64,000 nucleotides of DNA, taken from assembly GCF_036588685.1 (NCBI RefSeq), contig NC_086386.1, positions 52,204,001 to 52,268,000 of the forward strand, in the 5' to 3' direction. Position numbers and translations under genes: made by a program. Every line of letters begins with the position of its first letter. Position 1 is the stretch's first letter. This DNA is from Mytilus trossulus (lineage: Eukaryota). Under the pieces are notes generated by a model. The model had not been told where the DNA came from. It did not search any database and worked only from the letters and a program-made list of their open reading frames with translations. Positions 1-9,907 of the stretch are shown here, piece by piece.

Positions 1-1583
1 ATATTTCTGTGGAACATGCCAACTATCCAAATAATAAAATTTAGAACGACCCGACTAAAGAGCAGAAAACATCCAAGGCAACGCAATGGGTCTTCAACAC
101 AGCGAGAAATTATGCACTCGTAAGCACGCTTCAGCTGGCTCTAAAACAAAAATGTGTACTTTTTCAATTCAAATGGCGTCTCAGTAATCTCCGAAACATG
201 TAAATAAACTATAAAAAAAAAGAAGACGGAAAAAAGCGAGATGCTACTGACACAAAAATAATTAAAATTGAGAATTATACAAGACAACTTAAAAAGCCCA
301 GAGGCTTCTGACTTGCGTTATGCGCAAGTTAGGCGGGTTTTAACATGTTTTCTGAAATCTCTATCCTCCCTCTATAGATATAGCCATCTTAGAAAAAATC
401 TAACGCACAGCAATACGCGCAGTAAAATTCAGTATAAAAGAAGTCCGGTTCCGATGTTAGAAAAGGTAACAAATGAAACAAGACACAATGATAATGATAC
501 ATAAATTAACGAAATACTACATGTTACTGACATGCCAGCTCCAGATTTCAATTAACTAAATGAAAGACAATTCCCCCCGTTAGGGGTTTACTATCCTACA
601 ATCATGTATACAATTTAAGGAAAAGACCGATTTATTTGAGACGCAATTTCACAAACCATACGAAATCGCAATTATTTGTGTAACATGTACATGATGTATG
701 ACGTATAAATGTCACTGGTGTTTTTTTATTTCCTAAATTTGGCTCTGACACAATTTTTTGTTTCGACAGAAAACTCCATTGTCTAAGAATATATTCAAGT
801 GTGGACCGTCAGCGATCCCGTCATCGATCCGTGTTTTATTCGCCTCCGCGCATGCTCAGTCGACGAACTGCCCTATCAGGCACACCATTAAAAGGTGAAT
901 ATTATATTTTCTATAAACAGGGGTCATTATCGCACCATCGTAATTATATAGGATTGCCACTATATAATTAAATCATCGTCACATTGCTTCTGGTTGTAGT
1001 ATTTTAGTCGATTAGATATTATAAGTAAAAAAAATACAAATACAAGCATACTAGACTTAAAATAAAGTACAGTTTCCAATGCGTTATCCGGCATGCCGTA
1101 AAAAAATGACAAATAAAATAATTGAATTAATAGAGGACGATGCTGTTGATTACAAATTACACCACTAAAAACAAGGCGTAATAATTACTAGTTACATTCA
1201 TTTTGTACTTTATTTCAGTCACGGACCCGGATATTGTTCTAGTAAAATACATAACCCGTACCATGTCAAAAACTGGTTCTAGAATAAATGTGTTTATTTC
1301 CAATGCAAGACCCGATGAGTGAATCAATTTTGATACCAATATGCTATATTTAGTTACCTGATAACAGAATAGCTACTATAAATCTTCTGAGTATATCTGA
1401 TCAAAGGTTTGGTTCGTTTTTTAGGTAAATACCAATATGTCTGTACTTTATATATAATAGTATCATGCACATAAGGTTGAATGTGAAATAGCTGAACGTA
1501 TATCATGTCCTCAAAGTGATTTACATTTACGAATGATTTTCTTGTACCGATCATAAAATTAAGTAAATGTTTTGAATAGTTTG
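1..1583 (-). repeat. Interspersed repeat (PLE-derived 3' region), interrupted at ~630-1243
   Basis: Colinear with 22960-23700 and with the reverse complement of 63440-64000. The 23-kb copy runs into a degenerate PLE RT-thumb motif (YSVYKSQFVRFARVC). Boundaries approximate. Confidence 0.6.
990..1242 (+). mobile_element. Degenerate copy of the 3' part of the non-autonomous Helitron
   Basis: TTCAGTCACGGACCCG..GATAT..TGTTCTAG|T matches the end of 5954-6696, with the hairpin partly deleted. Upstream sequence resembles 6300-6480. Confidence 0.6.
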
Positions 1584-2917
1584 TGATAGCGAAACCCTGG
1601 TGTAATAATTTGTTGGTTATACGAAAAAAGATTTCTTTGAATCAAATATGTTATTTCCTTGTTGAAAAGCTTGGGACAGGTATACAAAAAAATCAAATCA
1701 CTAAAATACTCCGAGAAAAATTCAAAACGGAAAGTTGTTCAGCCACAATTATTTCGTATTGCATTTCTTTAAGAACATAAATGAAAAATAACAAAATACT
1801 ACTGCGCTTTCTCAGTGAAATTTTTACAGTGTGTTGTACCACTTTTAGGACAAATTCTATCAAAATTATAGACAATGCATCGTCTCTAACTCAAAATATG
1901 GACAATTTTATGTTACGGGCGTCTTGAAATCTTTTGACAGCTGGACCAAATCATTACTTTCCTTTACAATTCTGGCCCTACATTGTTTTACAGTGAAATT
2001 TCCCCCTCCCCCGTCCCCCAACTTAAAATTGAGGCATTACAAATAGAGAAATCAATTTGGAAGGGGTGAAAAAATTAATGGCAAGTTACACACTAGGGAC
2101 TATATTCGTGGACAAAGAAAATCAAGGGACGACAATTGTGGTATCGGACTAACACCCTAATCATATAAAGAAAATAGTGGATTGAACTTGGTTTTATAGC
2201 GCTAAACCTCTCACTTTGATGACAATCGCTTTAAATTCATTTATATTTACAACGCTGCGTGAACAAATTAGACATAATAGGTAAAACTATCAAAATAGGG
2301 GTACCTCAGTCATGACAATGTCAAAATCTCAACTATAACAGAATCGAACAAATACTTGTACACACACAAAGCATTACTTAAATTAAACAACCACATTCAT
2401 TGCTTACTGATATATGTATTGTCAATCAACTCGTAAAGGATTGACATATTTGAAGTCCTGTAACTGAATAACAAGGTTTCACATCAACTCTAGAAAAGAG
2501 TCGCGTGTTTAACGTCAAAATGAAAACGACACACAGGATTGATAATCAGAAAAAAATGAATACTTTTGAAATTAAGCAACTACGGCCTGACTTGAGTTCG
2601 CCAACAACTTGTTCAAATCTCGATGTTTTCAGGCTATTATATAATGCCTACCTTAAATCATTTAAAGGCTTCGTGTAGTAATGCTGCATTTTTAAAACAA
2701 GTCGGCAGCTTATTGTTTCGTTCTTTTTAATCTTCGTGTGACGAAAAATATCAGATGGCACCGGGTACCACATGAAGTAATATAAATATTAAGATGACAC
2801 CCCACAGATAACCCTGCGAGAGGCAATATGAACATGGGAATTCAACACGAAACTTAACCATCGCAAGATCTTTGGAAAATATTTTGGCATGCCTTTAATT
2901 TTGCTACCGCTCATTAA

Positions 2918-3657
2918 GGGAGAATTTGCTACGAAATATTAAAAAAAAAATATAATATCATTAATGAAAGTGAATTTATAATTTGCTATAAGCAGCCAGT
3001 ATTGAAAAAATTGTCAAAATAAACCAAGAAGCATTGCTGATGAATTATGATCGAATTTGCTAAAGTGAATAATTCTACCTCCTTGAATCCGTACTCATAT
3101 GTGAACTATAATTTAACTCCTTAGCTAGTGATGAATAATGCATGTATTTTGTATCCTAAGTTCTGTAAAAGAAAATGTTGTCATAATTGATAGCGAAAAA
3201 AGGTAGGTCATTGAATTGACTGATTCGATGGGATCTGTACAAACAAATCGTTCTTATACAGGGAAATACGATGATTTACAGACATTCTTAATTCACAATA
3301 TGAAATTAAACAGATCTAAAGAAAAATCCAATAACATCTGGTCGCTGTAGCAGCATGATTTATTTATTTCTATATTCATGAAAATATCGCTTATATCACA
3401 CTTTTAGGTCATCGGAGGTCAACTCGATGGTTAAGAAGATGATTGGTAATGTCTGTGTCATTGTTGGTCTCTTGTGGACAGTTGTATCATTGATAATCAT
3501 ACCACAACTTCTTTTTTTATATGTGTATACTAAAATGCACACGAAACGACGCTTCATATTATAGAGCCTGTAAATTGTTTATTAAAAACGTTTTATAGTT
3601 TTGATTAATGTTTACATTGTTTTATATCAAATATGGAATTTGACAGCTAGTGGCCCT
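2918..3657. mobile_element. Kolobok-like non-autonomous DNA transposon, old copy
   Basis: Preceded by TTAA, ends GACAGCTAGTGGCCCT, and is colinear with 44699-45382. Confidence 0.55.
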
Positions 3658-3848
3658 TTATATTTCTTGGGAGCCTGAAAAATTCAACCAGTTGTCATAC
3701 CATGCATTAAGATACTCTCGTGAATTGCGCTTTGTTTTTGAAATTCCACAAAAGGGTTATAATGACATTAAAGCTTATTATCTTGGGTTGAAATATGAAT
3801 GATAAAAATTCAAATATGCAAATAAATAAATATATATATATATATATA

Positions 3849-4159
3849 CGAGTCTAAATTGAAAACTACGTTCAAACCTATGACTGCGTTGGATAAAAAT
3901 CGCAATTTTTATACGTGTGCATGTCAAACAAATTTAGATGTAGAAGGGTCTAAAAACAGCACAAACAACATTTTCCAAAAGACCAAAAGAGTGAAAAAGT
4001 ATATTTAAACAAAACGCATTTGACTAACAGGTCGAACAACTGATGTTCTTTAACCCTGCTGACTGCCATTGACGATTGCCAAATAAAATTGATCACAAGA
4101 TGTAACAAACTGGATCTTAATATAAATTTAATACGTCACAGAAAAAAAAAATTGTTAAC
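3849..4159 (-). mobile_element. (TA)n-flanked retroelement 3' fragment (family shared with 62608-62769)
   Basis: (TA)n on both sides. The first ~160 bp are nearly identical to 62608-62769, with a shared fixed end and different truncation points. Strand inferred from the fixed end. Confidence 0.6.
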
Positions 4160-4169
4160 TATATATATA

Positions 4170-5760
4170 TGTTACAGTAAATAGGTGAAATTAGGAATTA
4201 CATGTAATTACTAAAATTTAGGAATTACAGGTAATCCCCGATGCACTTAGTTAATACAAGTAATTCCTGAAACGGCCCAGTTATTACCAGTAATTACTAA
4301 TTTTAAAATGAATTTTTACACCTATTTACTGACTGCTAAAACAATGTTGTATTATGGTCAGGTGATCAAAAGTTATGGTAATACTAACTAAAAAATCAGT
4401 TAGTACAGTACAGTAAATTTTGAATGGTTGATTTCTATAAAAAAATATCTTGAATAAATGTGGACTTTCAAATATTTGGTTAAATCCGAGTAACTTTAGT
4501 TTTAATACAAAACGGTTCAAGTTGAGCATTAAACAGATAATTTTTGACAAATTTCAGCAGACATGGAAATCAGAAATTAAAAATTCTCCTAAAGTATAAT
4601 GTTTTAATTTTTTAAAGAAAACTTTGAATTTTAAGAATATTTAGATTTACTACGTTATACAGATAAGATTGTAAAAAAGGTTAAAAACTGGAACGAACTG
4701 TTATGTGCATTAGCTTCGAGATATAATTTTTTTTTTATATTTTTGTTGTTGTTAAATCATTAATAAAAATGATATAGTGAAATTATAATTCACTGTTAGC
4801 AGCCAATCTGGTTATATTTTGTTAAAATAGCTGAGAAACAAGGTTGATAAGTTGTGCACTTACGAGGGAATATTTGGACCTCATTGAATACGTATTCGTG
4901 TGACCTCCAATTCAACCTCTTGCTGGAGATGGGTTATCGCTGTATTTAAAAGCTATTAAAGTTGTAAGGGTTTTGCAGAACAGATAGCCTACTTTTGCTG
5001 TTAATCGCAGGCTCAACAAAAATGAGGGGAAAATATTAAAATTTTAATCTAGATACTATCTTTTGACTAGTACTGTAAGAAACTTCTGTCAAAATTGGGT
5101 AAAAATCCAGGATGGTTTATAAAACCTAATGTTTTAAAAACTTTAACTGCATAGTGTATGAAATGTTAACTGGAGAAAAAAACTCTAGTCTATTTATAAG
5201 TAATATACGAAAAAAAGGATTCGTTTTACAAACTTTACTTTTGGATATTAACTTATGATCATAAAAAATTGCTTCTGTCCATGTTTGGTATAAAACCAGG
5301 ATATTTGGAGAAAGTTATTTTAAAGTTTAAAACCTCATGATGGAGATTTTAGTTTAACCAAATTATTAAAATCAATTTTAGATAGATATCATTGTCCTGC
5401 ATGCATATATTTACAGAGTTTCAAATCCGATAAAACAACTATTTTCCAGTTTCAATTCACAAACATTAAAGAGTATGCACTTTTGATGTGCCTTATATTC
5501 CTACATCCTTAAGTAACTCCCTTAAAATCCCTATCTCTTTACTTTCTTATTTGGTATTTTGAATTATGGTTTTAATTTAAAAACAAAAACATCAAGTTAG
5601 TAAATAGCTGTAAAAATGACCAAAATAATCAGTGATTACCAGTAATCACTGAAACAACTAGTAAATACATGTAATTACTAAATTGGCTAGTAATTACAGG
5701 TATTTACTGAAACGTTTAGTAATTACATGTAATTCCTAATTTCATCTATTTACTGTAACA
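4170..5760. mobile_element. Non-autonomous TIR element (TGTTAC...GTAACA) with subterminal tandem repeats, inserted in (TA)n
   Basis: ~46-bp TIR TGTTACAGTAAATAG(G/A)TGAAATTAGGAATTACATGTAATTACTAAA with 1 mismatch, ~30-bp AATTACANGTAATT units at both ends, and no ORF. Confidence 0.85.
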
Positions 5761-5765
5761 TATAT

Positions 5766-5945
5766 ATATATAACAAGTCTAAAAGAATACAACATCACCA
5801 AAAACACAATAAAACGAACAATTGTGTTTTGGTGATGTTGTATTCTTTCAGACTTGTTATATATTATATTATGTAGTGTACTGCATCATGTTTATATGAT
5901 CCATCGCCCCGTAAGATTTATCGTTGACTATTTATTCAGTCATTT
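5766..5945 (+). mobile_element. Miniature fold-back PLE 3'-end insertion
   Basis: Arms 5766-5810 / 5821-5864 (1 mismatch, 1 indel) with a 10-nt spacer. The tail 5865-5945 is roughly 90% similar to the reverse complement of 6718-6798. Confidence 0.85.
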
Positions 5946-5953
5946 AATATATA

Positions 5954-6696
5954 TCTATAATACTAAAATTACGAGGTCCAATTTGTCAGCCGTCATCACG
6001 TAAAAACGACGAATCAAAGAATTCAACTTTATATATAACTTATATAGTACAAAGGTGTAGATTAAAAATTACACCACTCCAGGCTCTTTTGTTTTCCACA
6101 TAATTAATATTGCCAACAATTAAGAAGTTCCGGGTCGAGTCCGATACCGATACCAATAGTATATTCATCTGTTACCTATTACCTTATCTGTACGTTCCGC
6201 ATTTGACCAGGCGCACCACCAAACGGTGTATTCAGGATGTGCTATATACACGGGTCATACTCACAGGGTTGACACTACTAATTTGTCAAAATGTAACTTA
6301 TTGTAGTATTCTAATCAGTAAGACTTTATAAGATAACAATACGAATACTAAAAATAAGGCGTATAGGTACAGTTTTCAATTTGTTAGCGGGCATGACGTA
6401 AAACAGCGAATCAAATAATTCAACTTTATTTATAACTAATATAGGACAATGCTGTTGATTAAAAAACACTCCATCCCAGGACCTTTTGTTTTCCAAATAA
6501 TTAATATTACCAATAATTGATAAGTTCCAGTTAGGCGGGTTCAAACAGAAAGATTTGAAAGCAGAGAAAACTGTGATAACTATCTTATAATCGGCATGAC
6601 TTTATCAGATGACAATACTAATACAAAAATAAGTCTTGCGCATAGTTATATACTTTAATTCAGTCACGGACCCGCGATATCACGGGTGTGTTCTAG
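5954..6696 (+). mobile_element. Non-autonomous Helitron
   Basis: A|TC 5' end (TCTATAATACTAAAA), CTAG|T 3' end, GC-rich hairpin ACCCGCGATATCACGGGT at 6670-6687, no TSD, and an internal ~150-bp diverged direct repeat. Confidence 0.85.
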
Positions 6697-6857
6697 TATA
6701 TATATATATATATATATAAAATGACTGAATAAATAGTCAACGATCAATCTTACAAGGCGATGGATCATGTAATATGATTCTGTACACTACAAAATATAAT
6801 ATATAACAAGTCAAAAAGGGTACAACATCACCATAAAATAACTATAAAATATACAAA

Positions 6858-6898
6858 TATTAGATATTTCGGATAACAGATATCCTTCTTCAATAATA
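6858..6898 (-). ncRNA. Minimal type-I hammerhead ribozyme variant (mirror copy)
   Basis: Exact reverse complement of 12689-12729. Confidence 0.6.
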
Positions 6899-7441
6899 GC
6901 ACGATGTCAAATGAATCATGTCAATTCAAATTGAGACTCTATCAAAATCTTGATTTATACAATTTAAGCGAACGCTGGAACAATTTTAAAATTTCCAAAC
7001 ACACCGCAAAGACTACAGAAATATGCCAAAAATAAAAATAGTTATTTACGATGTGAAATGGCACAACTTTAGATTTCCAAAGGATGTGACAGTTGAGATG
7101 TAATAACTGCATTGAGGGCAGTCCTCAAACAAAAAAATCAAAATAATCAAAAGTGTCCTTACCGATCCAGGATGGTATAAATTAGACAACGGCAGGGCAA
7201 TTACAACGGAAACTACATATTAAAGCCTTCCAAACGAATAGCAGTCTAATAGTGATTGAAAAAATAAGTTTTGTATATTGAGCTTAAATAATTGAACGTG
7301 GCAACGTACTTATACATCATCCCGAATCAATGAAAACCTGTAATTTAAACGGTAATTTTAAAAATAATTTCGAACTGTAAAGCCAGTACTAAATCCGGCG
7401 TTGTTTAAAACAGGTGGTCACAGAAAAATGAGGGACTCGTT

Positions 7442-9679
7442 CTATGTTTTTTCATTTATGCCCTCTGGGGAGACTGTCCGTAACTTTCTTATCCAAAATC
7501 TTTCCCGAGCGACTCTGTCGACCTTCGACCAACACTCGTTGTGGTCTATGATCGTGATGGTAAGGTTTTTGAGATCAGCTTGTGTGTGTCCAGGTGATCT
7601 CAAATGACGACTTACGGGTAGGTCGGGCTTGCAAGTGTAGTCACTTCGATGACCATTCATGCGTTTGTTAAATGGCTGCTCTGTCTCGCCAACATACTGC
7701 ATGCCACATCGACACTGAAGGAGGTATACAACATTCTGGGTTTTGCAAGTTACATTGCAATATATAGTGTACACAGACCCAGTCGAGTGGCAAGTGAATG
7801 TTTGAGTATTCAGTATTTGTTGACAAGTCAGGCAACGTCTGTTACCACATGACTTGCACCATCCTGCAGTTGAACAGCTTTTATTTGAGGAAACGTCAGC
7901 TCTAACAAATAAGTCTTTCAGACTTGCTGGTCTCCGAAAAGCTAAGACAGGAGGATTAGGAAAGATCTTGGATAATTTAGGGTGTTTGGCAATAGTTTGC
8001 CAATTGGCACGGATCAAACGTGAAAGGTTATTAAAGGCTGGATTGTATGTAAGAACAAACGGGACTATTTTGCTGCGCCTCTTCTGTTTGTACTGTAAGA
8101 GGTCATTGCGGCTGTTATTGTTAGCGCGCGCAAACCCCTTATCTATGTCCAATTTCTTATAACCTCGTTTTGTCAAAAATCCGCGAAGTTCCTGTAACCG
8201 TTTCGTGACAGCCTCCTCAGAGGAGCAAATCCGCTTGACTCTGAGAGCTTGACTGTACGGGATACTTTTTGTACAGTGTTTTGGGTGACAGCTTTGGGGA
8301 GAAAGGTATTGATGTTTATCTGTGGGTTTACAGTAGAGGTCTGTTGATATGACACCGTCCTTTATAGATGTGGTTGTGTCTAAGAAAGATATCTTAGAGT
8401 CGGAAATTTCATACGTAAATTTAATTGAATGGTGGGCGTTGTTTGCATGTCTGATGAAATCATCCAGTTTTTGTTGAGATTCAATCCATTTCATGTCAAC
8501 ATCATCAATGAAACGGAACCAAGACAAAGGTTTGGATAAAGATGTTGCAATAATTTGTTTTTCTAATTTGCCCATGAAAATATTGGCGTAAGACGGTGCC
8601 ATTTTCGTCCCCATCGCTGTCCCGTTAATTTGAAGGTAATGCTCACCATTAAAGGTGAAATTGTTGCATTTCAGGACCAGAGTAAGCAGCTGGACTAAAC
8701 ATTCAGTAGGTGGTTCTAAAATGTTGCGCGAGTCCCATATTTCCCTACAAGATTGTATGCCGTCATCATGAGGTATGTTGGTATACAATGAGGTGACATC
8801 TAAAGTGACAAGGAGGGTTTCCGGAGGAAGAGGGTTCATGGATTCCATTTTACGAAGATAATCTGTAGTGTCTTGAATGTGGGAAGGAAGATTTTCTACA
8901 TGAGATCTTAAATGAAAATCGACGAATTCCGAGATTTTCTCAGTCGGATGGCCGTTTGCGGATACAATGGGTCTACCAGGGTTGTTAACCTTGTGTATTT
9001 TGGGAAGAAGATACAATCGACCAGGCTTGGCATTCTCTGGCTTTAAATAACCAATTGTATCCTCATCTATGTGACCGTCATTGTACATGGTTTGTAACGC
9101 AGTGATAATTTTGGAGCTAAACTCGGAAGTAGGGTCATAGTCTAGCTTCTTATAAAATCTCTCATCAGAGAGCTGACGCACTGCTTCCGCGATGTAGTTA
9201 GCTTTGTCCATTATCACAACGGCACTGCCCTTGTCTGCTGGTTTTATCACAATATCATCTCGGTTTCTCAGCGATTGTATGGCTTTTTTCTCGTCAGGAG
9301 AAGTGTTGTAAAATGACGAGTACTTGTTGCTAGCTAGATGAACAACATCCGATTTGATTTTGTCGATAACATCTTCCAGTGTAGCAGATTTACTAGGTTT
9401 TGGAATCCATGAACTCTTCTTTTTAAAATGCGGAATTATGATTTCTTCCTCCGAGTCAGACGTGGCTGTGTCCTCCTCATTATCCACCTCTTTATCCTTG
9501 TTACCAAAATATTCTTTGATTCTGAGGGTTCTAGCAAAGTTATCAAGGTCATCTCCCAATTTCATATCATCTATGTTATTGGGAGTAGGGCAAAAATTCA
9601 AACCCTTGGACAAGACTTTAGTTTCGTCCTCAGATAAAGAGACGGAGGATAAATTGACAACCGTGTTGTTGGGATCCAT
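7442..9679 (-). CDS. PLE reverse transcriptase-GIY-YIG endonuclease polyprotein (left arm, probably 5'-truncated)
   Basis: Mirror of 9908-12145 with identical translation. The ORF stays open to 9823 (TTG) and the first ATG is at 9679. Confidence 0.93.
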   Translation of the reverse strand: MDPNNTVVNLSSVSLSEDETKVLSKGLNFCPTPNNIDDMKLGDDLDNFARTLRIKEYFGNKDKEVDNEEDTATSDSEEEIIIPHFKKKSSWIPKPSKSATLEDVIDKIKSDVVHLASNKYSSFYNTSPDEKKAIQSLRNRDDIVIKPADKGSAVVIMDKANYIAEAVRQLSDERFYKKLDYDPTSEFSSKIITALQTMYNDGHIDEDTIGYLKPENAKPGRLYLLPKIHKVNNPGRPIVSANGHPTEKISEFVDFHLRSHVENLPSHIQDTTDYLRKMESMNPLPPETLLVTLDVTSLYTNIPHDDGIQSCREIWDSRNILEPPTECLVQLLTLVLKCNNFTFNGEHYLQINGTAMGTKMAPSYANIFMGKLEKQIIATSLSKPLSWFRFIDDVDMKWIESQQKLDDFIRHANNAHHSIKFTYEISDSKISFLDTTTSIKDGVISTDLYCKPTDKHQYLSPQSCHPKHCTKSIPYSQALRVKRICSSEEAVTKRLQELRGFLTKRGYKKLDIDKGFARANNNSRNDLLQYKQKRRSKIVPFVLTYNPAFNNLSRLIRANWQTIAKHPKLSKIFPNPPVLAFRRPASLKDLFVRADVSSNKSCSTAGWCKSCGNRRCLTCQQILNTQTFTCHSTGSVYTIYCNVTCKTQNVVYLLQCRCGMQYVGETEQPFNKRMNGHRSDYTCKPDLPVSRHLRSPGHTQADLKNLTITIIDHNECWSKVDRVARERFWIRKLRTVSPEGINEKT

Positions 9680-9907
9680 CGGAACTCGAATTTTTCTTTT
9701 AAATCTACGATTTCGAGGTTTTTTCTTAGATTTCGTAGAGGGTCTAATTGAAGGGGTGTTAATTTGCACACCATCACGTTTAAATTTGTACAGATCAACA
9801 AATTTAAACGTGATGGTGTGCAAATTAACACCCCTTCAATTAGACCCTCTACGAAATCTAAGAAAAAACCTCGAAATCGTAGATTTAAAAGAAAAATTCG
9901 AGTTCCG

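Noticed and set aside
9764-9907. 793-aa annotation starting MHTITFKF
   Set aside because: The start is TTG and the first residues come from the opposite arm, so it is not a native N-terminus.
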